Notes: a model not told the origin generated them from the letters alone. Numbered from the whole stretch's first letter, positions 13,511-25,943 are shown. The stretch: 63,455 nt of DNA, filler included, from Octopus bimaculoides (GCF_001194135.2; 6 parts of 6 records of this genome joined end to end with filler, not necessarily neighbours in it); one strand, 5' to 3'. Translations and numbers: made by a program.

Positions 13511-14856
13511 TAAACATTTAGCATTCATGTAATGGTTATTTATTCACATTGTTTTCAATTAACTATGCATTATTTTGTAGCTTCAAGATTTCAATGATGT
13601 GATTGTATATTTTTAGAATGACATTGTAAGGTAGGTGTGAAAGGCAAGATCTAGCTGGTTTGAACATAAAGCAGGTAAAATATTTGGGTCTGATACGACT
13701 GGTTTAAAATGCTGAAGGGTTAAAAGTAACAAGTAAAGTAGGATGTTGTGATGACAGAGACCTGTCCAATCCATGCCAGCATGGAAAAACGGACACAGAA
13801 ATGATGATGATGATTTCCAAAACTGGAACAAAGAATATATAAACCTTGCAAAACACGAGAAAGAAAGAAGAAACAAAAATGAAAAGAGAAGCAAATGGAA
13901 AGGAAAATAAATTCCAAATATGGAATTGATTTGCATTTCCTTTTCTTTTCAAGATTCTACTGAAAATCTCATGGGGTTCACTATATTGGTAGTTGTATGG
14001 TTCTACATTACACTAGCGGTTTTAAATCTCTCCAGATTTCCTAATGCAATCCCTCTGAATAAAAATCATAAATACAGTCATTAAACATTATACAATTTAG
14101 CAATTTTCTGTATAGAATTCAAAAAGCTCTTCTGAAAATTGCAAAATACAATTTTCTATTGTAGAATTTCTATTTTACATTGCGTGATGTTGCCATCTAT
14201 CACTTCTATTTATCTGCACAAGTAAATACAGTAATTTTCTGGAAACTAATGAGCTATTATTGCATTGCGCACAAACAGTCTATTTCTTGCATATGTCATA
14301 ATGCCTTGACTGAAACAGATACAAAATATATAACAAATACAAAACTGAAGTAAAGATTCTCTGATGTTATATATATTTTTTTCCATTTATTTCAGCCAAA
14401 AATATTCAAAAGCAATTATATATAATTATCCTTATTGTTTTATCTCTCCATCCACCTTCCATTTTTATTTCTACATTTTCCTTGTTCATGTCTCCATGTC
14501 CATTGATTTATAATATTTATTATATTTATTATATTTCTCCTTCCCGTTAATACATGCAAAAATAGCCGAATGTTGTGGTTGTCTTGTGTAGTGTTTACTA
14601 TTAGAATGGTAATTTTCCTTTTTCAGAATTCTTACATCGGTGAATTTACATTTAAGAGTAACTCTTAAGAATTTAGTTGCACATTTATACAAACCAGAGA
14701 CACTCCAATTATTGCTTTTTAGAAATATCTTTCTTTTGATGTATGCTTTGCATCTTCTCTTGAGAGCTTTCCAGAAAACCACATGACCGAGTGAGTATGT
14801 TTGTATGTATGTGTGTAGTGTGTGTGTGTGTGTGTGTGTGCGCGCACACATATGTA

Positions 14857-14918
<62 letters not shown>

Positions 14919-14991
14919 AATAGATGTATGTATGTATTATACACACACACATACCGCTTGTTAATGTCAATATGTCTCTCTCTCTCTCTCT

Positions 14992-15029
<38 letters not shown>

Positions 15030-15776
15030 TTTTCTACTCTAGGCACAAGGCCCAAAATTTTTGGGGAGGAGCCAGTCGATTAGATTGACCCAGTACATAA
15101 CTGGTACTTAAATTATCGACCCCCGAAAGGATGAAAGATATATATATATATTGGAAAATGTGTGAGATCCTTGGTACAGTTGGGTATATTTGAAAAAAGA
15201 AAAATAATTACTGCACTGGTAGTTCTAATCAGTTTAATTTATTATTTAAAAAAATTTTAATTATATAAATTTTAGTTAATAGATCTAGTAAATCCTTTGT
15301 TAACTTGGATGTGGAGAAGATACTTGATTGGAGGTGGAGTTGGGAGGTGGTGGGATGTTAAAGGAGTGTTTTGTGAAGCCATTTGAATAGTTGACCTTTT
15401 GCCCGAAATCTAATGACCAGATGTTTTTCCAAATTCTTTCTTTTAGTCATTTTCTATGTTTTAGGTGTGTGCCTGTGGTGGTGGTGTTAGTGAGGTGTAA
15501 GATACATGTCTTTTGATAAAAAAATGTTTGTTGATAGAAGTGTTTTTTTTAATATGTATTTTGCTTTGGGAGGGGAGGTGGGGAAGATCATGCTAGCTCA
15601 CATATTTCTTTCCCTACATATAATAAACAAAAAGTATAAATACATTTCTCTTTCTCTCTCTACATACTCACACACACACACACATATATACATATACATA
15701 CATGCATATATATATATATATATATATATATANNNNNNNNNNNNNNNNNNNNNNNNNNNNNNNNNNNNNNNNNNNN

Positions 15777-15788
15777 TTAATTAATTAA
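15777..15788. other. Artificial assembly spacer TTAATTAATTAA inside a 100-nt gap
   Basis: 44 N + 12-mer with stops in all six frames + 44 N. The same construct recurs at 30171, 47711, 59731 and 61879. Confidence 0.95.
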
Positions 15789-15833
15789 NNNNNNNNNNNN
15801 NNNNNNNNNNNNNNNNNNNNNNNNNNNNNNNNA

Positions 15834-16163
15834 CTAGCTCCTGGTCCCAATGTCCAAAGTGATAAACAAATTGATGCATTTATCCATCAGATGTCTGACA
15901 GTAACTATCACCCATCTTGTACATGCAAGATGGGACATCCATCAGATAATATGGCTGTGGTTGGCCCTGACACTAAAGTCTATGGAATTGAGAATCTTCG
16001 TGTCGTAGATGCCTCAATCATGCCCAGTGTAGTCAGTGGCAACTTAAATGGTCCTACTTGCATGCTCGCTGAAAAAGCAGCAGACATCATTCGGAATCGG
16101 CCAGCACTTCCTAAATCAACAGCTCCAGTCTGGCAGCCAAAAACATTAGATACCCAAAGATAA
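15834..16163 (+). CDS. CHDH: Choline dehydrogenase (GMC oxidoreductase C-terminal domain), last coding exon; 5' part lost in assembly gap
   Basis: The frame is open from the gap edge: [109 protein letters not shown]. It contains the GMC motifs [20 protein letters not shown] and GNLN-P. The C-terminus ([10 protein letters not shown]) closely matches vertebrate CHDH (YKPRTLATQR, recalled). Confidence 0.93.
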   Translation, partial: LAPGPNVQSDKQIDAFIHQMSDSNYHPSCTCKMGHPSDNMAVVGPDTKVYGIENLRVVDASIMPSVVSGNLNGPTCMLAEKAADIIRNRPALPKSTAPVWQPKTLDTQR

Positions 16164-16275
16164 CTCATGCTATCCACTCCTTTCCCCTTATCCATTTCCC
16201 TTTCATTTATCTAAAGAATTATAACTTTGCTGCAATGCTGCAACTACTGTATTTTTATTGATTGATAGATTGATG

Positions 16276-16479
16276 AATAAATGCATGCATGCATGCTTTT
16301 TTATTTACTTATATAAATATTCATTTATACCTTTTTACTGCTTTTTTTTTTTTAACATGAAGGCTGACATTTTTTTCTTTGTATTAAAGTATTCATTTTT
16401 ACAAAGCATTTTAATCATAAATTCATGTTCATTTATTTCTACACCCACCTGTCTCTCTCTTCTCTTCCCTTGTAATAAA
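16276..16479 (+). terminator. Candidate polyadenylation signals in the CHDH 3' UTR
   Basis: AATAAA at 16276-16281 and 16474-16479, downstream of the stop in AT-rich unique sequence. Usage is not verifiable. Confidence 0.35.
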
Positions 16480-17622
16480 AAAAATAATGAATGTATTACA
16501 TGAGATTTGTAAACTTAAAGTCTTGCTCTTTTGGTTTAACTAACCATTCCTCAACCATTTCTTTCTATTTTATTAAATGGTGCTTATTTTTTCTTTTAAT
16601 TTCATAATAATATTAATTCTTTTCACAGTGAAGGTTTAGTGTTTAGAATATTCAGCTCATGATTGTAAAGGTGGCTCATTGTTTCCATAAGCAAGATGCA
16701 ATAATGAGTTGTAACTAAAATTCAAAGAACCAGCCTTGTCACATTCTGTGTCATGCAGAATTTCCTTCAGAACTTCACAATGGGTACACATGTTTGTGGA
16801 GTGCTCAGTCACTTGCATTTTAATTTCACCAGCAGGCTGTTCTGTTGATCAGATCAATGAACTCTCGTTGTTGTAACTGATATGAGTGCCAGTTAAAGTA
16901 CAGGGGTCAATTTGTTCAACTAAAACCCTTCAATGCCCCACATCAGTATGGCTGCAGTCCAATAACTGAAACAAGTAAAAGATAAATATCAGTCCAGGAC
17001 TAGGGTTGATCCTTCTCCCTATTTCTGTCTCTCTTTTTGTAGATTATATTTGTAATTCAAAAACCTGGCCTCACCATGCAGTATTGAGCTTATTTAGCTT
17101 CGAGATTTCTTTTAAATGAAAGACAGTTTTGTTAATATAGTTTACTTTATTAAATGTACAACAAAGAATAGTCATGTACGAAATACTACAGAGTAAAGTA
17201 AGGCAGAAACTGAGAATGATACTGATGAGAGAAGAGGTTATAGAAGATGTTGTTGAGATATGCAAAGTAGAAGGCACTGTAAAGAAAAGTAAGATAGAAG
17301 GCATTGCAGAAAGAACTGATATATAACATATTACAGAGAGTAGAGAGGTAGAAGATACTGAACGGAGAAGTGGCTTAGATATTGTTGAGATATGCAGAAA
17401 GTAGTGCAAAGATAAATAAAATAAATAGCACAGATCATTTTCTGTTAATGTTCTACAGATCTTGTCAAACGCTGTGTCAAACAAACAAGACAGGCTCTAT
17501 GTGGTTGTTTAAAGTACTAGCAGCAGCTGCAGCTAAATTTCCTTCACTTTACACCCTACATTGGGGTTGTTGACTTAATATATCACCCAGTTTAACACTA
17601 TAATCTGACACCCTGGGTGCCT

Positions 17623-17756
17623 TTACTGGAATCTATTCTGGTGCAGATTTTCAGAGCAGGTCTCCAAGTTGAGGAAACCTTCCTCCCTGTCTCCCACTAA
17701 TCTTGAAGGCACCTTTCTTTCTCTTGACAAAGCATTAAAAAAAAGTCTTGGTTTTC
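17623..17756 (-). CDS. Candidate terminal exon of the coiled-coil gene
   Basis: Acceptor ttctgtcctttcttctgtatgcag. In phase 1 it reads KPRLFFNALSRERKVPSRLVGDREEGFLNLETCSENLHQNRFQ*. AATAAA lies on the - strand at 17151-17146. No homology recognised. Confidence 0.3.
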
Positions 17757-18631
17757 CTGCATACAGAAGAAAGGACAGAATGGTCACATCTGGATTCTCT
17801 TTGATCATAAGACTGCTTCAACAGCAACAACAACCTCTTTTACCACAGCCATCTTTGTGCACAAATATAACAACATTTCATACATAGATTTCTTGCAAGG
17901 AATGCACACATGTGGTTTAGTTCAGTGTGAAATTTAGACTATTTCTGTTTGATGCCAAGATCCTCACCAATAAATATAAACTCGGAATAGATATATATAT
18001 ATAACTAAACCTTACTCAACATATGTGAGACTGACTGTAAAAACCAAAAGTATTTTCATACAATCTATACAATGAATGAGGGAGTGCATCTGGAGGTGAA
18101 GTGTAAAATGATCAGGAAGTATAACTTGGTGAGAATTCACATAGAAAGGCTGAAAATGTAAGCTGATTAAGTTGGTATCATATGGGATGTAGCATCAACA
18201 TTGCAAGAGTTGCCAAACATATTCAGCCAAAATTTATGTTTATGTTGTTTTAGTATTGTTTGTTTAATAATATGATTGTTATTACAGTCAACACATACAC
18301 ATATGCATACATATATACACACATATCAGCTGAAGTTGCAAGATAAATATTCATTCAGTTTAAATAAACTATGCATAAATACATACATACATANNNNNNN
18401 NNNNNNNNNNNNNNNNNNNNNNNNNNNNNNNNNNNNNNNNNNNNNNNNNNNNNNNNNNNNNNNNNNNNNNNNNNNNNNNNNNNNNNNNNNNNNAATCATA
18501 AGCTCGACACTCTAACCACTGAGCCATGCGCCTTCACATAGGAGGATATTATAGTCAACCTATTCAAGTTAAAACCACCCTCCTACTCCAAAAACAGTTA
18601 TTTTTCAACCAGGGTGTTAATGTAAGCTTAA

Positions 18632-18767
18632 GAAGCTTTCTTTCAAAGCATGTGATCTTAGGTTCAGTCCCATGTGTGGTACCTTGACCAAGTGTTTCCT
18701 ACAAAAACCGTGGACTGACAAAAGCCTTGTGAATGGATTTGGTAGACAGAAACTAAAAGAAGCCCAT

Positions 18768-18802
<35 letters not shown>

Positions 18803-18908
18803 ATGTATGTATATATATATGTATATTTATTGTGTGTTTTATATATATATAAATATATATATATATGTATGTATGTATATACACCCCTTCCTCTATGGCA
18901 GGCAGGGC

Positions 18909-18942
<34 letters not shown>

Positions 18943-19308
18943 CACACCTCCTCCTGTATGGCAGGCACGGCTGTGTGGTAAAAAGCTTGCTTCCTAACCA
19001 CATGGTTCCAGGTTCAGTCCCACTGCATGGTACCTTGGACAAGTGTCTTCTACTATAACCTTGAGCTGACCAAAGCCTTTTGAATAGATTTGGAAGACAG
19101 AGACTGAAAGAAGTCCGTCATATAAATATAAATATCTGTGTGTCTGTGTTAGTCACCTACCACTACTTGACAACTGGTGCTGGTGTGTTTGCATCTCCAT
19201 AACTTAGCTGTTTGGCAAAAGAGATGATAGAATAAAAACTGGGGTCAGTTCCTTCGACTGCAGTGCCCCAGCATGGCCACAGTCTAGTGACTGAAACAAA
19301 TAAAAGAA
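18632..19308 (+). mobile_element. Two tandem SINE family A copies (first partial)
   Basis: Head at about 18640 and again at about 18960, separated by (TG)/(TA)n. Confidence 0.85.
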
Positions 19309-19458
19309 CTTCAAAGATGATCAGAAAAAGAGATAAAATTGAAACACAATACTTGTATAACTGTTTATGTATGATAAATTTATGATTTCACACTTTATTC
19401 CCATATTCTGTCACAGTATTATTGTAGTTACAGGCACAGAATCACTCAATTCCCTTAA

Positions 19459-19748
19459 CCCATTACCTCCCATAATTCTATTAACTGGAATTTTTTTATG
19501 AAACTTTGATTTCTAGCATAAAACAGCCTTAGAAACACGCTGGAATGATCAAAATAACATTTCAAAATAACATTTTAAATAGAAATAAACGAGATATTGG
19601 GTGAAAAATTAGCAAACCTCATTTGAATATCAGAGAAATATACCTAGTAGATATAGCAAAAAGGTTAGATATGTGTAAATATTGACAGATAATTACAAAA
19701 TTTGTAATTTTTAAGTGATCTCATATGAGATCACTGGTAGGTAATGGG
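19459..19748. mobile_element. piggyBac-type MITE
   Basis: TTAA TSDs at 19455 and 19749. Termini CCCATTACCTCC / GGTAGGTAATGGG. Confidence 0.85.
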
Positions 19749-19802
19749 TTAAAAAATAAACAACATTTAAAAATAGCTTTCAAAAGATCTGTGACGAAAC
19801 AG

Positions 19803-20709
19803 CAAATTTGTTATTTTTTTCTTCCCTACAAAATAAACTTGTAAAATAAAGATATGTCTTATATGCTGCTAAATATGGTGGTCTTCAGAAAGAAGCTTCT
19901 GTCCATGAATGCCAACTCATAAAAAAAAGCAGGTAAGTTGGAATAAGATACATGCAGGCACATATATTAATTAGTTAACTTGGCTCCCTTCAACCATCTA
20001 GGCTAATTGCTTGGGCTCCAGGATTGTGGTACTGGCTGATATGAGAAAACATTGGTAAAATTTAACAGTTTACATCAATGAATGGTGAAGACTTAAGCCT
20101 TTAGTGTTTAAACCGGCTGTATCTGGCCCAGATATTCTACATATTTTATGCTCAAACTGGCCAGAACCAGCATCTCACACCTACCCTACAATGTCATTCT
20201 AAAAATAATCAATTACATCTTTCCTATCTTGAAGCTACAAAATAATATCAGATAAGTTTTTTGTAAATGTGAATAAACAAGGATTACTTTTGACAAATTA
20301 ATCTGAACGCTAAAGGGTTAAACACATGGATGGGAGACTAAAACACTAATAACTTAGGTTCGGTACTTACAAGATGTAAGAAGAAAAACACCTGATTGGA
20401 CCTTCGTTAGTATACAAGCAAAACAATAAATCTTTAGTAATCTTAATCTTTTATAGCACTAAATGTTCAAGAAACTCTATTTAGATCAGTGGTTCTCAAC
20501 AAGGGTCCATATGGCCCTTTGTGGGCCCATATAAAATTTTGTTGTTAAAATTAATGTGCAATTAATTTGTTATTTTTTTCTTTCCTACAAAATAAACTTG
20601 TAAAATAAAGGTATGTCTTATATGCTGTTAAATATGGTGGTCTTCAGAAAGAAGCTTCCATCCATGACTGCCACCTCATAAAAAAAAACTGATAAGTTAG
20701 AATAAGATA
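19803..20709 (+). repeat. Local ~150-bp direct repeat pair
   Basis: 19803-19950 and 20563-20709 share cctacaaaataaacttgtaaaataaag...ggtggtcttcagaaagaagcttc. Confidence 0.85.
20097..20317. mobile_element. piggyBac-type MITE, second family
   Basis: TTAA at 20093 and 20318, imperfect TIRs gcctttagtgttt / tgaacgctaaaggg. A partial second copy lies at about 22630-22842. Confidence 0.75.
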
Positions 20710-20758
20710 TCAGTTATACTTCTACTGTACACAAAATATTTCAGCTTTTTTTTTTTTA

Positions 20759-20860
20759 TAACGCCAACCACTCCGAGAGTGTAGTGGGTGCTTTTACGTG
20801 CCACCGGCATGAAGGTGGCACGTAAAAGCACCCACTACACTCTTGGAGTGGATGGCGTTA
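20759..20860. repeat. 47-bp-arm inverted repeat with 8-nt loop
   Basis: Arms 20759-20805 and 20814-20860, with two differences. Confidence 0.92.
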
Positions 20861-20990
20861 GGAAGGGCATCCAGCTGTAAAAACTCAGATCAGATTGGAG
20901 CCTGGTGTAGCCATCTGGTTCGCCAGTCCTCAGTCAAATCATCCAACCCATGCTAGCATGGAAAGCGGACATTAAACGATGATGATGATG
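20814..20990 (+). mobile_element. RTE-type 3' tail with 5' fold-back
   Basis: gcacccactacactc...ggaagggcatccagctg...catgctagcatggaaagcggacattaaacgatgatgatg. Confidence 0.85.
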
Positions 20991-21261
20991 AATTCCCAAT
21001 GATATACAATTATAAAACTATAATGGAATTATTTAAACACTGACTGGTTATGAGAGCCTACAGGTATAAAATGGTTGAATACCATTGCTCTATATGGTTG
21101 TTCGACTGCTTGTAATAGCAGCCAAATTTTTATATAATCATATTAAATCATTTAAAACATAGGAAGCACACAGATAAATGGCATCCTAGATACACTGACA
21201 GTGGAGGAGGGGATTTATTACAAAACAAAAAGGGAAAATGATAGCCACAAGCATGACAGTG

Positions 21262-21452
21262 TAGCTAGACGTTTGCTTCCAACCGTGTGGTTTTAAGTTC
21301 AATCCCACAGCACAGCACCTTGAACAAGTGATTTCTGCTTATCTTGAAACTGACCAATGTTTTGTGAGTGAATTTGGTCAACACACTGTGCAGAAGACTG
21401 TCATATAAATGTGTGTGTGTGTGTGTGTGTGTGTGTTATGTTNNNNNNNNNN

Positions 21453-21494
<42 letters not shown>

Positions 21495-21680
21495 GTTTGG
21501 TTGTCTTTGCATTTGTCCCTCACAATGCTTGGCAACCAGTGTTGTTTGTTTGTTTATGTTCGTTGTAACTTACCAGTTCAACAAAAGTGGTTGATAGACT
21601 AAGTACTGGGGGTGCAAATATATTCAACTGGGCAGTGTCCCAGTATGGCCCCAGTCCAATGACAGAAACAAGTAAAAGAT
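21262..21680 (+). mobile_element. Diverged SINE family A copy
   Basis: Head, (TG)n and 3' aaacaagtaaaaga recognisable. Confidence 0.75.
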
Positions 21681-22402
21681 ATTCGTAACTGGAATGGTTT
21701 TCGTAACAGGTCTACTCAATGTGAGATCAACAACAGCAGCACAGCAAGTGAGTACATAGCCATCACATATATAATATATACAATGACATACACAAAGAAG
21801 CACTGGCGTTATCACAAACAAAATAGGAACATCTCAGGAGTGTTTCATGATGAAAATGTTTTAAATACTTTATTATTAGAAATGAGTGGATGCTTATTAC
21901 AAACAGTTACATACACACATAAGCACAGGTATGATCACAAACAGGATCTGAATCTCTCAGGGGTATATTGTGTGGGAAATGTATTAAAAAGTTATTCATA
22001 ATTATTAGAAAATAAAATGAAATTATGTTTGAAACAGCATTACTGACAAGTAATAGTTTCTCCCTTCCAATTCGTTTTCCTTACAAGGCCAGTTACCTGG
22101 TTTCTATGGTGTACAAATGACCAAGTTCATAGTATACCCACCAGATGGAACAGCAGTCTGTTATAAGGCTTGAAGCCAGCAATTTTGAGGGGAAGGAGTA
22201 AGTTGGCTACATCAACCTCATTACTTGACTGGTACTTTACTTTATATAGTCCAAAGAGAGGAAAGGCAAAGTTGACCTCAGCAGGATTTGAAATCAGAAT
22301 GTAATGAACTTGGAGAAATGCTACAACACATTTTGTCCAATGTGCTTTACGACTCTGCCAGCTCACCATCTTATGAATTTCTTACAGGTGACCAAAATGA
22401 TT

Positions 22403-22473
22403 TTATTGGTTTTTACATTCATCTTTTGTACGTCTAGATGGAGTTGAAGGAGGTCTTATGTTTACTGGTGATT
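22403..22473 (-). CDS. Exon of unnamed coiled-coil protein gene (phase 1 start; 3' end uncertain)
   Basis: Acceptor tttctttttcag. Reads ESPVNIRPPSTPSRRTKDECKNQ* with the stop overlapping an AATAAA. Possible internal donors follow 22432 (GTACAA) and 22417 (GTAAAA). Confidence 0.7.
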
Positions 22474-23199
22474 CTGAAAAAGAAATTTAAATCACATTTT
22501 TATCTTTCTCAGTCTAAACCATCCAACCATACAAGAGCATTCAAATACTAATTAGGACCTAATTATAACACAAATGATAATGTTAAGACATGAGTTGACT
22601 AACATCAACATAATATTAACTTTTTGCATTTAGATTGGTCATAAGGGGCCTGTTTTATATTCTGCTTGTTTTGTGTTCAAACAATGTCATTCTAAAAATT
22701 GTGTTCTTACAATGTCATTCTAAAAATAAACAATTACATCATCAAAATCTTAAAGCTATAAAGATAATGCTTGATTAATTCAAAACAATGTCAATGAATA
22801 AGCATTATGTTTGACAGAGTAACCTGAATGCTAAAGAATTAATTGTATTTAAAATTACAGATATTTTATACTAAACCAAAATCAAGGTTATCATGAAAAT
22901 GTGCTGGACTACAGATGAAATATATTCACACAAATGTGACTCGATTATTAGATGCATCTCAATTTCAGCAACGCATAATCAGGAAAATTAGCTTTTATAG
23001 CATTAAATCTTATGGGGGACCCAAATATAAGACCTGAGGTGAACTTTTGAGACTTTGAAGAGGCTGGGGATCAATAAAAGTGATCAATAGAAGGTGAAGT
23101 GCCTCTGCTACAGATATCATACGGTGTTCACTAACAATGCACAAACTGCTGATGTTTTAAGCCTTCATGCTCTCTAGCTTTTAGGGTTAGCTTTTAGGG

Positions 23200-23525
23200 T
23201 GGCTTAATGGCTAAGGTATTCAACACACGATTGTGAGGTCGTGAGTGTGATTCCTGGCAATGCATTGAGTCCTTGAGCAAGACACTTTATTTCTTGTTGC
23301 TCCAGTTCACTCAGCTGGTAAAAATGAGTTGTTGTTGTACTTGTAATTCAAAGGGCCAGCCCTGTTGCATTCGGTGTGTCACACTGAATCTCCTTGAGAA
23401 CTACATTAAGATTACTCGTGTCTTTGGAGTACTCAGCCACTTGCATGTTTATTTCACAAGCAGGCTGTTTTGTTGATACAACCAACTGGAACACTCATCG
23501 TCGTAACCGATGGAGTGCCAAGCCA
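23200..23525 (+). mobile_element. SINE family C variant, CpG-decayed
   Basis: Head plus body ending gatggagtgccaa. Confidence 0.78.
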
Positions 23526-24373
23526 CTACAGACAAAGGAAAAGGTGAGAAATTGGCAGAGACATCAGAGACATTTGATAGAATGTCAAGTAGAATTTGTT
23601 CAGGCTCTTTGCAGACTTGGGATCAAATCTCACCAAAGTCAACACCAGGAATGATAAATAAAGAAGCGGTGGAGTGCTGGAGTACACATTCCTTTCTCTC
23701 TCTCTCTCTTTTTCTGAAATGGCTATGCTACTGGAATTGTCCAAGGACTGACTAATGTGCAGTACAGGAAGGGAAGGAACTATAGGAGATAAAAAAGGGG
23801 ATACTACTATTTTTGCTACTATTACTGCTGCTGCTGCTGCTACTGCTACTACTACTACTACTACTACTAATAATAATAACATTTCTTTGTGATATAGGCA
23901 CAAGGCCTGAAATTTTTGGGGGTAGGGTAATCAATCAAATCAACCCCAGTACTGAACTGACACTTATTTTATCAACTCCACAAGGACAAAAGGCAAAGAC
24001 GACCTCAGCAGAATTTGAATTCAGAACATACAAACTCCACCAAGGTCAACTTTGCCATTTCAACCCTTCACAGTCAATAAAATAAGTACCAATTAAGCGT
24101 TGGGGGTCAATGTAATTGATTAGCCCCTCTCCTCCAAAATTTCAGGCCTNNNNNNNNNNNNNNNNNNNNNNNNNNNNNNNNNNNNNNNNNNNNNNNNNNN
24201 NNNNNNNNNNNNNNNNNNNNNNNNNNNNNNNNNNNNNNNNNNNNNNNNNNNNNNNNNNNNNNNNNNNNNNNNNNNNNNNNNNNNNNNNNNNNNNNNNNNN
24301 NNNNNNNNNNNNNNNNNNNNNNNNNNNNNNNNNNNNNNNNNNNNNNNNNNNNNNNNNNNNNNNNNNNNNNNNN

Positions 24374-24648
24374 GGATGGATTTGGATGAAACTTTTAGGG
24401 ATGTTTGGCCTCGTGACTGGCATGAACTGATTAGATTTTGGGATTGATCCAGTACCAAACAAGGATACTGGATTATTTTTCGTTTTTTTTACTCAATTTT
24501 TGAGAGCGGTTGGGTTCATTTTTAATATTCTCGTTTGTGAGAGGAGTCGAGTTTATTTCAGATATTCTCATTTTAAAAATCATCTCCGACTAATCGTTGG
24601 GAGGACGGTGTTGTTGCCTTGGCAGAGGTTTGCGCACTCAGAGTGCTC
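24374..24648 (+). mobile_element. Helentron-type non-autonomous element, 3' part
   Basis: Body homologous to 9497-9610. The 3' end has gcagaggt (inverse of the 5' sub-terminal repeat) and a gcactc-a-gagtgc hairpin. Confidence 0.6.
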
Positions 24649-24690
24649 ATTATTATTATTATTATTATTATTTAGATTTAAAAAACTTAC

Positions 24691-24761
24691 CAGCTGCTTC
24701 ACATATTTCAGTACCAGTCGACTTATTTACAACAGATAACTTCTTTTTGCTGGAAACATTT
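24691..24761 (-). CDS. Exon of unnamed coiled-coil protein gene (phase 2 to 1)
   Basis: Acceptor tctctgttgttacag, donor GTAAGT. Reads KNVSSKKKLSVVNKSTGTEICEAA and is phase-compatible on both sides. Confidence 0.8.
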
Positions 24762-24941
24762 CTGTAACAACAGAGATAACAGTTATTAATTAATTAGCAA
24801 AACAGGCAGTCAACTTTTACAATTTTTAATTGTGTTAACATGAATTGTGAGATATCTTGTGCAGGTCTTTGCATTCGTGTGTATTGCTTCAACTTAAGTG
24901 AGTATAAATATAGAAGCATAGGTATCAGTGGTTGGTATATG

Positions 24942-24977
<36 letters not shown>

Positions 24978-25193
24978 TAAGAACCCACAGTGTGGTAGAC
25001 ACCATAGCCACTCATAAGTAACAGTAGTTGCCTGGATGCCAATTCTGTGGACATGGTTCTGCTTTTTTGTAAAACTAAATGACTTAGACATATTGAAATT
25101 TTTCTTCATGTAGCTGTTCATGCATATTTGTCTGCATGCACACATGCATCATCATCACTGAACATCTACTTTCCATGCTGACATGGGTTAGAC

Positions 25194-25539
25194 CAGAGGT
25201 TTTCAAACTTTTTGAGCCACCGCCTCTCTCATGCTCACATAATTACCCACAGCGCTTCCACCCCTATTTTTATGTATAAATATTTTATATTTCACTAATT
25301 TATATATACTATGAATCATTTGATATTTAATATGATATTATATAATTTGTATACAATACTATAATATTATATAATTTGTATACAATACTATAATATTATA
25401 ATAAATTGATAGCTTCCCCCAATTCAATGCCTTCATCCCAACGCCTCCTTTTTATCTACCACCCCCTTAGGCATCAGTGCCCACCTGGACTGTCTCAATG
25501 CCCACCAAGGCTTGGTAGCAACCACTTTGAGAACCTATG
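25194..25539. mobile_element. hAT (Charlie-like) MITE nested in an RTE tail
   Basis: Perfect 8-bp TSD GGTTAGAC (25186-25193, 25540-25547). TIRs cagaggttttcaaa / tttgagaacctatg. Internal ~27-bp AT-rich tandem repeat. Confidence 0.88.
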
Positions 25540-25943
25540 GGTTAGACAGTTTGACTGCAAGTGGTAAGCTGAAGAGCTGCACCGGGTTCCAATCTGATTT
25601 GATATGGTTTCAACGGCTGGATGCCTTTCCTAATGCTAACCACTCCAAGAGTGTGATGGGTGCTTTTTACATGCCACCAGCACAAGTACCATTTACATGA
25701 CACTGGCAGCGGCCACAACTATGATTTCAAGAGTGCCATTTACATGGCACAAGCAATGACCATGACTATAATTTCAATTGGTTTGACGAGATTTCTCAAG
25801 CAAATAACTATGCCAGTTCAAATTCGACCTTGGCAGAATTTGAACTGAGAATGTAGCAACAGGCAAAATACAACACTAACGATTCTGCCAGCTCGCCGCC
25901 CTAATGATGATGGTAATAATGATGAATATATACATTCTCATTT

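Noticed and set aside
13490-13520. DADPLKH reading as a possible CHDH exon
   Set aside because: No splice sites, stop nearby, and another frame matches an RTE ORF2 3' end.
23510-23755. 81-aa ORF and antisense frames inside the coiled-coil gene intron
   Set aside because: Starts in a SINE, has no clean splice sites, and is not needed for phase continuity.
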